Origin: Caulobacteraceae bacterium
GTDB lineage: Bacteria > Pseudomonadota > Alphaproteobacteria > Caulobacterales > Caulobacteraceae
Assembly: GCA_965277425.1 (NCBI GenBank)
Contig: CBDICR010000005.1
Span: forward strand, 450,316-514,315
Reading direction: 5' to 3'
Length of the DNA stretch: 64,000 nucleotides
The notes under the pieces are model-generated. The model had not been told where the DNA came from, searched no databases, and saw nothing but the letters and a program-made list of their open reading frames with translations. Every line of letters begins with the position of its first letter. Position 1 is the first letter of the stretch. Shown in pieces: positions 8,704 to 19,034 of this stretch. The position numbers were made by a program, and so were the translations under genes.

Positions 8704-10650
8704 TCAGCTCTCCGCCGCGGCTCGGTTCTTCACCAGGTCGTCGACCACCGCCGGATCGGCGAGCGTCGTGGTGTCGCCGAGGTTGCCGATGTCGTTCTCG
8801 GCCACCTTGCGCAGGATGCGGCGCATGATCTTGCCCGAGCGGGTCTTGGGCAGGCCTGGGGCCCACTGGATGACATCGGGCGCGGCGAAGGGGCCGATCT
8901 CGCGCCGCACCCATTTGACCAGGTCGGCGCGAAGCGCGTCGCTCGGCGTCTGGTCGGCCTTCAACGTGACATAGGCATAGATGCCCTGGCCCTTGATCTC
9001 GTGCGGAAAGCCGACCACGGCGGCCTCGGCGACGCCATGGTGGCCGACCAGGGCGGACTCGATCTCGGCCGTGCCCAGCCGGTGGCCGGAGACGTTGATC
9101 ACGTCGTCCACCCGCCCGGTGATCCAGTAATAGCCGTCCTCGTCGCGGCGGCAGCCGTCGCCGGTGAAATACTTGCCGGGATAGGTGGTGAAATAGGTGG
9201 CGATGAAGCGCTCGTGGTCGCCATAGACCGTGCGCATCTGGCCGGGCCACGAATCGATCAGGCAGAGATTGCCTTGCGTCGCGCCGTCGAGCACCTCGCC
9301 CTCGGCATCGACGATCTGCAGCTTGACCCCCGGCAGCGGCTTGGTCGCCGAGCCTGGCTTCAGCGCCGTCGCCCCCGGCAAGGGCGCGATCAGGCTCGCG
9401 CCGGTCTCGGTCTGCCACCAAGTGTCGATGATCGGGCAGCGGCCTTCGCCGACCACGCGATGATACCAGAGCCAGGCTTCGGGATTGATCGGCTCGCCGA
9501 CGGTGCCCAGCAGGCGCAGCGATTTGCGGCTGGTCTTCTTCACCGGTTCATCGCCGTCGCGCATCAGGGCCCTGAGCGCGGTTGGGGCGGTATAGAAGAT
9601 CTCGACCCTGTGCTTGTCGATCACCTCCCAGAAGCGCGACACGCTCGGATAGTTGGGCACGCCCTCGAAGATCAGCGAGGTCGCGCCGTTGGCGAGCGGG
9701 CCGTAGACGATGTAGCTGTGGCCGGTCACCCAGCCCACGTCGGCGGTGCACCAGAAGACCTCGCCGGGGCGATAGTCGAAGATCAGCTCATGGGTCCACG
9801 AGGCCCAGGTCAGATAGCCGCCGGTGGTGTGCAGCACGCCCTTGGGCTTTCCGGTCGAACCGGAGGTGTAGAGGATGAAGAGCGGGTCCTCCGCCCCCAT
9901 GGGTTCCGGCGGGCAGTCGGCGGAAACCCCCAAGCGGGCCTCGTCATAGGCCACGTCGCGCCCGGCCTGCATGGGCACGGCCGCGCCGGTGCGCTTGACC
10001 ACGATGACGGTCTTCACGTCGGGACAGGATTTCAGCGCCTCGTCGACATTGGCCTTCAGCGGCACGATCCGCCCGCCGCGCAGGCCCTCGTCGGCGGTGA
10101 TGATCAGGTGGGAGTCGCAGTCCTGGACGCGGCCCGCGATGGAGTCGGGCGAGAATCCGCCGAAGATCACCGAATGGATCGCGCCGATCCGCGCGCAGGC
10201 CAGCATGGCGTAGGCGGCCTCGGGGATCATCGGCATGTAGATGGTGATCCGGTCGCCCTTTTTGGCGCCGTTGGCCTTCAGCACATTGGCCATGCGGCAG
10301 GTCTCGGCATGGGCCTCGGCATAGGTGATGGAGCGGCTGTCTTTCGGATCGTCGCCTTCCCAGATGAAGGCGATGTCCTTGGCGCGATGCGGCAGGTGAC
10401 GATCCAGGCAGTTGGCCGAGACGTTCAGCACCCCGTCGGCGAACCAGCTTATGTGGAAGTCGTCGCGCGCGAAGGAGACATCCTTGACGATCGAAAACGG
10501 CTTGATCCAGTCCAGTCGACCGGCGACGTCGCGCCAGAATCCGTCCGGATCGGCCTCGACCCGCGTCCAGGCGGCGTCATAGGCGGCGGCGTCCATGTGG
10601 GCGCGCTGGGCCCAGGCCTCGGGAACCGGGAAAACCTCGCCTTCGCTCAT
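8704..10650 (-). CDS. acs: acetyl-coenzyme A synthetase (acetate--CoA ligase)
   Basis: 648 aa with the AMP-binding signature ([11 protein letters not shown]) and an Acs-specific N-terminus ([16 protein letters not shown]...FWRD). Confidence 0.95.
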   Translation of the reverse strand: MSEGEVFPVPEAWAQRAHMDAAAYDAAWTRVEADPDGFWRDVAGRLDWIKPFSIVKDVSFARDDFHISWFADGVLNVSANCLDRHLPHRAKDIAFIWEGDDPKDSRSITYAEAHAETCRMANVLKANGAKKGDRITIYMPMIPEAAYAMLACARIGAIHSVIFGGFSPDSIAGRVQDCDSHLIITADEGLRGGRIVPLKANVDEALKSCPDVKTVIVVKRTGAAVPMQAGRDVAYDEARLGVSADCPPEPMGAEDPLFILYTSGSTGKPKGVLHTTGGYLTWASWTHELIFDYRPGEVFWCTADVGWVTGHSYIVYGPLANGATSLIFEGVPNYPSVSRFWEVIDKHRVEIFYTAPTALRALMRDGDEPVKKTSRKSLRLLGTVGEPINPEAWLWYHRVVGEGRCPIIDTWWQTETGASLIAPLPGATALKPGSATKPLPGVKLQIVDAEGEVLDGATQGNLCLIDSWPGQMRTVYGDHERFIATYFTTYPGKYFTGDGCRRDEDGYYWITGRVDDVINVSGHRLGTAEIESALVGHHGVAEAAVVGFPHEIKGQGIYAYVTLKADQTPSDALRADLVKWVRREIGPFAAPDVIQWAPGLPKTRSGKIMRRILRKVAENDIGNLGDTTTLADPAVVDDLVKNRAAAES

Positions 10651-10766
10651 GGCTCGCCTCCTTGTCGTTGACGCCGACGACTAAGCGGACCCAGGGCTCA
10701 AGCGCAACCCGCCAAGGGCCTCAAGGGTGTTTCCAGCCGCGCCGGCGCAGGCTAACCGTCGGGGCG

Positions 10767-11888
10767 ATGACCGAGCCGCTCGCCGTCGCTTACCGGGCCC
10801 GCCTGACCCTGGGTGAGCTGAAGCCCGATCCGGCGCAAGCCTCGGCGGTGCGCGCTCTCGCCCGCCTGGAGGGCGAGCTGAACGCCTTGGGCGAACCGGG
10901 CTTCGTCGCCTCGCTGTTTCGCAAGAGCGCCGCGCCGAAGGGCGTCTATCTTTGGGGACCGGTCGGCCGCGGCAAGTCGATGCTGATGGACCTGTTCTTC
11001 GCCGCCGCCCCCGTCGACAGGAAGCGCCGCGTCCACTTCCAGGCCTTCATGGCCGAGACCCACGCCCTGATCGGCCAGTGGCGGGACGGCGACGCCGCCC
11101 AGCGCCGCGCCATGTTCGGCCAGGCGCGCGGCGACGACCCCATCGCGCCGACCGCCGCCCTGATCGCCGCGCGCGCGCGGCTGCTCTGCTTCGACGAGTT
11201 GCAGGTGAACGACATCGCCGACGCCATGATCCTCGGCCGGCTGTTCGAAGCCCTGTTCGAGCGCGGCGTGGTGCTGGTGGCCACCTCCAACCGGCCGCCG
11301 GACGACCTCTACAAGGACGGCATCAATCGCCAGCTCTTCCTGCCCTTCATCGCCATGCTGAGGGAGAAGACGGAGCTGGTCGGCGTCGGCGGCCCGCTGG
11401 ACTATCGGCTCGACCGCCTGCGCAGCGCCGGGGTCTATTTCTCTCCCATCGATGCGGACAACGAATCCCGGTTCGACGCGCTCTGGGACGGCCTGCTGGA
11501 CGGCGCCGAGGAGACCGGCGCCACGCTCGAGGTGCTCGGCCGGCGGCTGCGGCTGCCCCACGCCAGCGGCGGCCTCTTGCGCGCCTCCTTCGCCAGCCTC
11601 TGCGCGACCATGCTGGGGCCGCAGGACTATCTGGCCATCGCGGCGCGCTTCCACACCGTGCTGCTCGAAGCCGTGCCGGCGCTCGGCCCTGAAAAGCGCG
11701 ACCAGGCGCGCCGGTTCATCAGCCTGATCGACGCCCTCTATGAGGCTCATGCGCGAGTGGTGATCCTGGCCGCCGCCGAGCCGAAGGAGTTGTATCCAGC
11801 CGGCGACGCCGCCTTCGACTTCCAACGCACCGCCTCGCGGCTTGAGGAAATGCGCTCCGCCGACTGGCTTGAAGCGACGGAAGGTTAG
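10767..11888 (+). CDS. zapE: cell division protein ZapE (AFG1-family ATPase)
   Basis: Walker A (GPVGRGKSMLMD) and AFG1/ZapE-like overall layout. The ATG at 10767 starts MTEPLAVAYR. Confidence 0.8.
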   Translation: MTEPLAVAYRARLTLGELKPDPAQASAVRALARLEGELNALGEPGFVASLFRKSAAPKGVYLWGPVGRGKSMLMDLFFAAAPVDRKRRVHFQAFMAETHALIGQWRDGDAAQRRAMFGQARGDDPIAPTAALIAARARLLCFDELQVNDIADAMILGRLFEALFERGVVLVATSNRPPDDLYKDGINRQLFLPFIAMLREKTELVGVGGPLDYRLDRLRSAGVYFSPIDADNESRFDALWDGLLDGAEETGATLEVLGRRLRLPHASGGLLRASFASLCATMLGPQDYLAIAARFHTVLLEAVPALGPEKRDQARRFISLIDALYEAHARVVILAAAEPKELYPAGDAAFDFQRTASRLEEMRSADWLEATEG

Positions 11889-13753
11889 GCCGCGGCCACC
11901 ACGGCCAGGACCGCCGCGCCGTAGCGGTCGAGCTTGGCCTGGCCGACGCCGCCGACGCTGGCGAGGCCGCCGGGGCTCGACGGGCGGATCCTGGCGATCT
12001 CGGCCAGGGTGCGGTCGTGGAAGATGACATAGGGCGGCACGCCCTGGCGCGCGGCCTCTTCGCGGCGCCAGGCGCGCAGGACGTCGAACAGCGACATGTC
12101 CGTCTCCGGCACGCCCAGGGGCTCGCCGCCGCGACGTCGCCGCGGCCGGCCCGAGCGGGTGGTCGGGTCGTGGGCCTCCGGCGCGCGCCGGAGCTGGACC
12201 GTTCGCTCGCCGCGATAGACCGCGCGCACGGCCTCGCCGTCGCCCAGGCCCAGCAGAGGCCGCCCGTCATTGGGGTCCTCGCGCACCAGGCCCTCGAACA
12301 GGAGCTGATCGATCAGGTCGCGCCAGCCGGCGGGGCTGAACTCCTTGCCGACGCCGAAGGTGGAGAGCCCGGCCTCGAACGGGCTGGGCTCCTTGGTCTT
12401 GCCCAGCAGGTGATCGACCACCCGGCCGCGCCCGAAGCGGCCGCCCAGCCGATGCACGGCGGCGAGCGCCTTGCGCGCGCCTTCGCTGACGTCGACCGCG
12501 ACGGGGGGCGCGAGACACAGGTCGCACTGGCCGCAGGGCTCGACATCGATCTCGCCAAAATAGCGCCGCACCGCCGCGGCGCGACAGCCCATGCCTTCCA
12601 GCATGGCGTAGAGCTGGCGCGCCTTGCGGGTCTGCACCTGGCGCACCTCGTCGGAGACGTCGCGGCCGGCGATCCGGCGCAACGCCCAGTTCAGGTCGGC
12701 CGGGCCGTAGAGGGTGATTCCCTCGGCCGGCGCGCCGTCTCGCCCGGCGCGGCCGATCTCTTGCCAATAGGCCTCGATCGAGGCGGGCGGATCGGCATGG
12801 ATGACGAAGCGGACGTCGGCCTTGTCGATGCCCATCCCAAAGGCGATGGTCGCCACCATCACCGCGTCGTCGGCGGCGAGGAATTCCATCAGCCGCGCCT
12901 TGCGCACCGAGGCATCCAGGCCGGCATGGTAGGCCAGCGCATGGGCGCCGGCCTCGCGCAGACCGGCCGCCAGCGCATCGGCGCCGTGGCGGCTGCCGGT
13001 ATAGACCACGCCGGCGCGGCCGGCCCTTTGCGTCACCAGCTCGACGACCCGCTTGTCCGCCTTGCCGGCCTTGCGCTCGGCGGCCAGGATCAGCTCGGGC
13101 CGCGCGAAGCTGTCGACGAACTCGCGCGCGTCGGTCAGGCGCAGCTCGGCCCGGATGTCCTCCCGCGTGCGCGCATCGGCGGTGGCCGTCACCGCCAGCC
13201 GCGGCGTGCGCGGGAAGAGCGAGGCCAGTTGGCCAAGCATGCGGTATTCGGGGCGGAAGTCATGGCCCCACTGGCTGACGCAGTGGGCCTCGTCGATGGC
13301 GACCAGGGCCAGATCGAGCTGGCTCAGCCGCTCCAGCATGGCTGGCTGCATCAAGCCTTCCGGCGACAGATAGAGGATGTCGAGCGCGCCGGCCTCGATC
13401 CTGGTCCAGGTTTCGCGCCGTTCAGAAGGCTCGACGGCCGAATCCAGCCTCGCCGCCGCGACCCCGGACTGGGTGAGCGCCGCCACCTGGTCGGCCATCA
13501 ACGCGATGAGCGGCGAGACGACCAGGCCGAGGCCCGGCCGGATCAGGGCGGGGATCTGATAGCAGAGGCTTTTGCCGCCGCCGGTCGGCAACACGGCCAT
13601 GGCGCTGCGGCCGGCCAGGATCTCGCCGATCACCTCGCCCTGCAGGCCGCGGAAATCGGCATGGCCGAAGGTCCGGCGCAGCCGGTCGCGGGCCTCGTCA
13701 AGCAGGGGATTCGCGTCCACCGACGGCTTATGGCCGAGCGGCCGGCCCGCCAC
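11885..13753 (-). CDS. recQ: ATP-dependent DNA helicase RecQ
   Basis: DEAH helicase motifs (LPTGGGKSLCYQIPAL, IDEAHCVSQWGHDFR), the RecQ zinc-binding cysteines (CGQCDLC) and a C-terminal HRDC domain. Confidence 0.9.
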   Translation of the reverse strand: MAGRPLGHKPSVDANPLLDEARDRLRRTFGHADFRGLQGEVIGEILAGRSAMAVLPTGGGKSLCYQIPALIRPGLGLVVSPLIALMADQVAALTQSGVAAARLDSAVEPSERRETWTRIEAGALDILYLSPEGLMQPAMLERLSQLDLALVAIDEAHCVSQWGHDFRPEYRMLGQLASLFPRTPRLAVTATADARTREDIRAELRLTDAREFVDSFARPELILAAERKAGKADKRVVELVTQRAGRAGVVYTGSRHGADALAAGLREAGAHALAYHAGLDASVRKARLMEFLAADDAVMVATIAFGMGIDKADVRFVIHADPPASIEAYWQEIGRAGRDGAPAEGITLYGPADLNWALRRIAGRDVSDEVRQVQTRKARQLYAMLEGMGCRAAAVRRYFGEIDVEPCGQCDLCLAPPVAVDVSEGARKALAAVHRLGGRFGRGRVVDHLLGKTKEPSPFEAGLSTFGVGKEFSPAGWRDLIDQLLFEGLVREDPNDGRPLLGLGDGEAVRAVYRGERTVQLRRAPEAHDPTTRSGRPRRRRGGEPLGVPETDMSLFDVLRAWRREEAARQGVPPYVIFHDRTLAEIARIRPSSPGGLASVGGVGQAKLDRYGAAVLAVVAAA

Positions 13754-13767
13754 AACGACCCGCGCGC

Positions 13768-14082
13768 CTATTGCGGCGAATGCCAGCCCTTGTCGTTCAT
13801 GCAGGCCTCATAGGCCGCCTGTCGCTGAATGGCGACGCGATTGACCAGGGGATTGTCCCTGGCCACCGCCTCGGCCATGGCGCTGGTCACGCCGTAGCGC
13901 GGGTCGGAATAGTTGGCGGCCTCGCTCACGTCCAGGTTGGCCGCGTCGGTGTGGCAGGCCGCCTCGTCGGCGGTCAGATGGCTTGCATCGCCGCCGCTCC
14001 AGGCCTCCGGCGCCGTGACGGCGGCGCAGGCGCCGAGCCAGACGGCGGCGGCGAGGATCATACCGGTCCTGGCGCTGATCAT
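13768..14082 (-). CDS. small putative lipoprotein / secreted protein (hypothetical)
   Basis: Signal peptide followed by a lipobox-like LGAC motif. Four cysteines. No recognisable domain. Confidence 0.35.
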   Translation of the reverse strand: MISARTGMILAAAVWLGACAAVTAPEAWSGGDASHLTADEAACHTDAANLDVSEAANYSDPRYGVTSAMAEAVARDNPLVNRVAIQRQAAYEACMNDKGWHSPQ

Positions 14083-14222
14083 CGGTGAGGGACCTCGGTG
14101 CGGGCTTGGGCCGCGACCCTAGCGCCGCGCGCGAGCCTTGCAATATCCTCGCGCGATTCAATCGCTTTCGCTAAGAAACCGACGCGGCGCGGGCCGGGGC
14201 GTCCCACGGAGACGAAACGCGC

Positions 14223-16208
14223 ATGGCGAACGGGCAGGCTCGGGGGCCAGGCCGGGACGGTCGTCCCGGAGGTGGGCCGTCAACGCCCGCCCGACGCGGC
14301 CGCTCGCTGCTCGGAAGCCTGGTCTATTGGACGCTGGTGGCCGGCGTCTGGATGCTGATCGGCATCGTCGCCTTCTTCGCCGTCTTTGCGATCGATCTTC
14401 CGGACACCTCGAAGATCTTCGACGTCAAGCGCCAGCCGTCGATCTCCTATCTCGACCGCTCGGGCTCGCAGGTCGCGGTGCGCGGCAGCCAGTTCTCGCC
14501 GCCGATCGACCTGGACCAGTTGCCGCCCTATGTGCCGGCCGCCTTCGTCTCGATCGAGGACCAGCGCTTCTATCACCACTTTGGTTTCGACCTCATCGGC
14601 ATGGGCCGCGCCGCCATCGCCGATCTGCGCGCCGGCCATACCGTACAGGGCGCCTCGACCATCACCCAGCAGCTTGCCCGCAACCTCTTCCTGACCCCGG
14701 ATCAGACCGTGCGGCGCAAGGCGCAGGAGCTGGTGCTGGCGGTCTGGCTGGAGACCAAGTTCTCCAAAAAGCAGATCCTCTCCCTCTACCTGAACCGGGT
14801 CTATTTCGGTGAGGGCGCCTACGGCATCGAGGCCGCATCGCAGCGCTATTTCAACATACCGGCCAAGGATTTGAGCGTCGGCGAAGCGGCCTTGCTGGCC
14901 GGGCTGATGAAGGGGCCGTCGCGTTACAGCCCCGTCTCGGCCACGGATCGGGCCGAGCGGCGCGCCACCATCGTCCTGGACAAGATGGTGGAGACCAAGG
15001 CCATCACGCCCGCCCAGCGCGACGAGGCGTTCAGCAAGCCGGTGCGGGTCTCGGTCACCATGCCGAACCAGAACGCCCAGTATTTCGTCGATTTCATCGA
15101 CCAGCAGGTGCGCGCGCTGGTCGGCCAGCCACAGGAAGATCTGGTGGTGGAGACCACGCTCGACCTGCCCACCCAGGGTAATGCCGAAAACGCGGTGCAT
15201 GCGGTTCTCGCCGGTCCCGCCCGCGCCCGCGGCGTGCAGCAGGCCGCCCTGGTCGCGCTCGATGGCCAGGGCCGCATCCGCGCCTATGTCGGCGGCGCCA
15301 ACTATGGCCAGAGCCAGTACGACCGCGCCAGCCTGGCCGAGCGCCAGGCCGGCTCGTCGTTCAAACCCTTCGTCTATCTGACCGCCATGGAGGCCGGGCA
15401 CACGCCGCAGGAAATGGCGGTCGACCAGCCGGTGACCATCGGCGATTGGACGCCGCGAGATTTCGAGCCGCGATTCCTTGGCCCGATCACCCTGGAGACG
15501 GCGCTCGCCCAGTCGATCAACACCGTCGCCGCCGAACTGGCCAACCAGGTCGGCACGGTCAATGTGGCGAGGACCGCGCACCGCCTGGGGATCACCTCGC
15601 CGATCCAGACCGACCCGTCGATGGCCTTGGGCGCGGTGGAGATCACGCCGATCGAGATGGCCCAGGCCTACGCCGCCTTTTCCAACGGCGGCTATTTGAC
15701 CCGGGCCTATGGAATCGAGCGGATCCGCACCGCATCGGGCAAGGTGCTTTACGACCACAATCTGAGCCCCGGCCCCCGGGTGCAGGTGATCGGCCAGCCG
15801 GCCCTGTCGGAAATGACCGAGATGCTGCGTCAGGTGATCGCCTCGGGCACCGGCGCGCGCGCGGCCGTCCCCGGCTTCGATCTGGCCGGAAAGACCGGCA
15901 CCACCAGCGACTATCACGACGCCTGGTTCATTGGATTCACCGGCGGCTTCACCGCCGCCGTCTGGACCGGGCGCGACGACAACACCGCCATGCGCGGCGT
16001 CACCGGCGGGGCGGCGCCGGCCGAGATCTGGCGCGATTTCATGGCCGCGAGCCTGCCCCGGCTGAACGTACAGCGCATTCCGGGCGGTCCGGTCCCAGCG
16101 ACGCCGGTCAAGGATGCGATCGGCGATATCTTGTCGGGCGTGGCCAATGAAGAGAGCGCCGCGCCGCCGGCCGGCGCCCCGCCGGCCGCGTCCGCGCCGC
16201 CGCCTTAG
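14223..16208 (+). CDS. PBP1A-family bifunctional peptidoglycan glycosyltransferase/transpeptidase
   Basis: N-terminal TM segment, GT51 motifs (IEDQRFYHHFGFD, ASTITQQLARN) and transpeptidase motifs (SSFKPF, KTGTT). Confidence 0.85.
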   Translation: MANGQARGPGRDGRPGGGPSTPARRGRSLLGSLVYWTLVAGVWMLIGIVAFFAVFAIDLPDTSKIFDVKRQPSISYLDRSGSQVAVRGSQFSPPIDLDQLPPYVPAAFVSIEDQRFYHHFGFDLIGMGRAAIADLRAGHTVQGASTITQQLARNLFLTPDQTVRRKAQELVLAVWLETKFSKKQILSLYLNRVYFGEGAYGIEAASQRYFNIPAKDLSVGEAALLAGLMKGPSRYSPVSATDRAERRATIVLDKMVETKAITPAQRDEAFSKPVRVSVTMPNQNAQYFVDFIDQQVRALVGQPQEDLVVETTLDLPTQGNAENAVHAVLAGPARARGVQQAALVALDGQGRIRAYVGGANYGQSQYDRASLAERQAGSSFKPFVYLTAMEAGHTPQEMAVDQPVTIGDWTPRDFEPRFLGPITLETALAQSINTVAAELANQVGTVNVARTAHRLGITSPIQTDPSMALGAVEITPIEMAQAYAAFSNGGYLTRAYGIERIRTASGKVLYDHNLSPGPRVQVIGQPALSEMTEMLRQVIASGTGARAAVPGFDLAGKTGTTSDYHDAWFIGFTGGFTAAVWTGRDDNTAMRGVTGGAAPAEIWRDFMAASLPRLNVQRIPGGPVPATPVKDAIGDILSGVANEESAAPPAGAPPAASAPPP

Positions 16209-16214
16209 GCTCGG

Positions 16215-16976
16215 TCAGGACCGGCCGACCGCGTGCAGGCGCGCGCCATGTGCGCGAAGCCAGGCCCGGTGCGGCCGCTCGTCGCCGATCAGGTCATGCA
16301 CGACGGCCCAGAACCGCGACGAGTGGTTGGCTTCGATCAGATGGGCGCATTCATGCGCGCAGACATAGTCGAGCACCGCCGGAGGACTGAGCAACAGCCG
16401 CCAGGAATAGCGGATGCGGCCGACCTCGATCCGCGCACCGAAGCCGTGCGTCCGGGGCGGGCTGCACGAGCCCCAGCGACCGCGCGCGTCGGTGACCGCG
16501 ACGACGGGCATGGGCTGCCCAAGCGCCTGGGCGTGGACCTGCGTCCGCTCAACAAGCCGCCGGCGCGCCTCGGCCTTCAGCGCGCGCAGCACGGCGCGTG
16601 AAAAGGCCTCGCCGTCGCCGGCCGCCGTCAGGCTGGACGCCGCGCCGGCCGCGGCCGGACGCCATCGCGATCGCCCGGGCGCCGGGATCAGCCGGCACGG
16701 CTCGCCCAGCACCTCGATCACAGCCCCCGGGAGGAACGGCGCGGCCTGGGGCAGTTCGGCGAGGCGCGCGGCGACCCAGCCCTGGCGGGAAGCGGCGAAG
16801 GCGGCGGCCTCGGCCAGACGGCGCGCGCTCGGCGCGGTGGCGACGATCTCGCCGCGGGCCGCATCCAGCCTGAGGCTGACTCGCCTGGCCCGGCCGCTGA
16901 CCCTCAGCCGCACCGCCGCGCCGCCGATATCGATCCGGTCGCCGTCCAGATAGCGCTTCTGGCTGAAAAGACCCAT
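16215..16976 (-). CDS. YgjP-like (DUF45) zinc metallopeptidase
   Basis: An HEXXH motif (CAHECAHLIEANHS) near the C-terminus and a YgjP-like N-terminal region (VRLRVSGRARRVSLRLD). Confidence 0.7.
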   Translation of the reverse strand: MGLFSQKRYLDGDRIDIGGAAVRLRVSGRARRVSLRLDAARGEIVATAPSARRLAEAAAFAASRQGWVAARLAELPQAAPFLPGAVIEVLGEPCRLIPAPGRSRWRPAAAGAASSLTAAGDGEAFSRAVLRALKAEARRRLVERTQVHAQALGQPMPVVAVTDARGRWGSCSPPRTHGFGARIEVGRIRYSWRLLLSPPAVLDYVCAHECAHLIEANHSSRFWAVVHDLIGDERPHRAWLRAHGARLHAVGRS

Positions 16977-16997
16977 GCCAACCAGATAGGCGGCGAA

Positions 16998-18302
16998 TCA
17001 GGCCGTCAGCAACTTGGTCTTTTGCGGTTTCGCGGCCGGTTTCGCCGCCGGTTCTTCGCCCGCCTCGATGCGCAGGATGAAGTCGCGCACCCGCGGATAG
17101 ATGCCTTCGCGGAAACGGCGGCCGTTGAAGACGCCGTAATGGCCGACGTCGGGCTGGACATAATCCTCGTGCATCGCCTCCGAAACGCCGGGGGTAAGGC
17201 CGTGGGCGGCCTGGGTCTGGCCGATGCCCGAGATGTCGTCGAACTCGCCCTCGACGGTCATGATGCCGATGTCGGTGATCAGCTCCGGCCGTACGCGACG
17301 GCCGCGGTGCTCCAGTTCGCCCTTGGGCAGCAGATAGCGCTGGAAGACGATCTCGACCGTCTGCAGGTAGAACTCCTCGGTCAGGTCGAGCACCGACAGA
17401 TATTCGTCATAGAACTCGCGGTGCTTTTCGGCGCTGTCGCCGTCGCCTTTGACCAGGTCGTCGAAATAGCGCTGATGCGCCTCCTGGTGGCGGGCCAGAT
17501 TGAGCTGCATGAAACTGTAGAGCTGCACGAAGCCGGGATAGACGCGGCGCAGCATCCCCGGATAGGGCGGCGGTACGGTGTAGATCATGTGCCTCTGGAA
17601 CCAGGTGAATGGCCGCTCCTCCGCCAGCCGGTTGGTCACGGTCGGCGAAAGCCGCGCGTCGATCGGCGAGCCCATGAAGGTCAGGCTGGCCGGCCGATTG
17701 GGATCCTTGTCCTCGGCCATCAGGGCGGCGGCGGCGAGCACGGGCGGCCCGGGCTGGCAGACCGCCAGCACGTGCGGGCGCCCGCCAAGCCCGCGGATCA
17801 TCTCGCGCACATGATCGACATAGTCGTGAAAGTCGAAGCGGCCCTCGAGCATGGGCACGTCACGGGCGTTCGCCCAGTCGGTCACATAGACCTCGTGATC
17901 CTGCAGGAAGGCCTGCACCGTGCCGCGCAGCAGGCTGGCGTGGTGACCGGAGAGCGGGGCGACGATGAGGATGGCCGGCTCCATCCCCTTACGGCCCGCG
18001 CGCCGCAGGTCGGCGGTGTCGCGGGCGAAGTGGATCAGCTTGACCCAGGGCGATGTCCACACCTCGACGGCGCGCACCTTCACCGCCACGCCATCGATCG
18101 AGACGCTGTCGATGTTCCAGGCGGGCTTGCCGTAGCGGCGCGTGATGTTAGCGAAGAGATCGGCCCCGGCGTAGAGCTTGCGGCCAATGTCGGTGTCGGC
18201 GGCCGGGTTGAGCGGCGAACTCCAGAAGTCCCGCGCCGCCCGCGCCATCATCCGCATGGGCGCGGACGCGTAGTATGTGGCTTCGTGCATGGCGTAGAGC
18301 AT
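16998..18302 (-). CDS. phaZ: intracellular polyhydroxyalkanoate depolymerase
   Basis: 434 aa with the PhaZ-family N-terminus (MLYAMHEATYYASAPMRMMA) and an alpha/beta-hydrolase core. Confidence 0.8.
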   Translation of the reverse strand: MLYAMHEATYYASAPMRMMARAARDFWSSPLNPAADTDIGRKLYAGADLFANITRRYGKPAWNIDSVSIDGVAVKVRAVEVWTSPWVKLIHFARDTADLRRAGRKGMEPAILIVAPLSGHHASLLRGTVQAFLQDHEVYVTDWANARDVPMLEGRFDFHDYVDHVREMIRGLGGRPHVLAVCQPGPPVLAAAALMAEDKDPNRPASLTFMGSPIDARLSPTVTNRLAEERPFTWFQRHMIYTVPPPYPGMLRRVYPGFVQLYSFMQLNLARHQEAHQRYFDDLVKGDGDSAEKHREFYDEYLSVLDLTEEFYLQTVEIVFQRYLLPKGELEHRGRRVRPELITDIGIMTVEGEFDDISGIGQTQAAHGLTPGVSEAMHEDYVQPDVGHYGVFNGRRFREGIYPRVRDFILRIEAGEEPAAKPAAKPQKTKLLTA

Positions 18303-18392
18303 CGATCGATCCCTTGCGCGCCGACTTTATTGTGCAACGCAACATATCTCGCGGAACATGAACGGAGTCCACCGCTGGTTCGTTGCAATGGC

Positions 18393-18998
18393 TCAGCTTG
18401 GGCTGGAGCCGCCGTTCATCGCCTGCAGAATGGCGGCCTTGGTCTGGTCGGGGGTGAGGCCCGCGCTGATGACGCTGTCATAGGCGCCCTTCGGGTTCAT
18501 TAGATAGATGGCCGAGGAATGGTTGACGGAATAGTCGGGGCCGCTCCCCTGCTTCTGGAAATAGACCTCATAGGCGCGGGTGACGGCGGCGATCTGCTGG
18601 GTCGTGCCGGTCAGGCCGATCGCGCCCTTGGGGAATGAGTCGCTCGACAGATAGGCCTTGAGCTGAGCCGGCGTGTCGCGCGCCGGATCGACGGTCACGA
18701 ACACGACCTGGAAGTTTTTGGCGCGGGCGCCAAGCCCGTGTTCGGCGGTCGCCAGGGTCTGCAAGGTGGTCGGACAGACATCCGGGCAAAAGGTGTAGCC
18801 AAAGAAGACCGCGCTCCACCTGCCCTTGAGGATACGCTGATCGACCGTGTGACCGTTCTGGTCGGTAAGTTGGAACGGACCGCCGACCGTCGGGGCCCCG
18901 CTCGGCGCGACCGGCGCAACGGGCCGCCAGATCACGAACAGAACCAGACACAGAGCCGCCAGCCCGACGACAATCCAGGCCGTTCGTCTCAGTGTCAT
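18393..18998 (-). CDS. senC: SCO1/SenC-family copper chaperone
   Basis: 201 aa with an N-terminal TM segment and a CPDVCP thioredoxin-like copper-binding motif. The ATG is at 18996-18998. The rest of the 698-aa six-frame ORF is an Arg/Gly-rich artefact. Confidence 0.85.
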   Translation of the reverse strand: MTLRRTAWIVVGLAALCLVLFVIWRPVAPVAPSGAPTVGGPFQLTDQNGHTVDQRILKGRWSAVFFGYTFCPDVCPTTLQTLATAEHGLGARAKNFQVVFVTVDPARDTPAQLKAYLSSDSFPKGAIGLTGTTQQIAAVTRAYEVYFQKQGSGPDYSVNHSSAIYLMNPKGAYDSVISAGLTPDQTKAAILQAMNGGSSPS

Positions 18999-19034
18999 GG
19001 CTCTCCTCAGGTTTCGCCTGCTAGACTGGCTGGC

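Noticed and set aside
10752-13813. Antisense ORFs 10752-11825 (-) and 12017-13813 (+) opposite zapE and recQ
   Set aside because: High-GC stop-codon depletion artefacts. Translations are low complexity with no domain.
14280-15917. 545-aa minus-strand ORF antisense to the PBP1A gene
   Set aside because: No motifs. Overlaps a gene with unambiguous glycosyltransferase and transpeptidase signatures.
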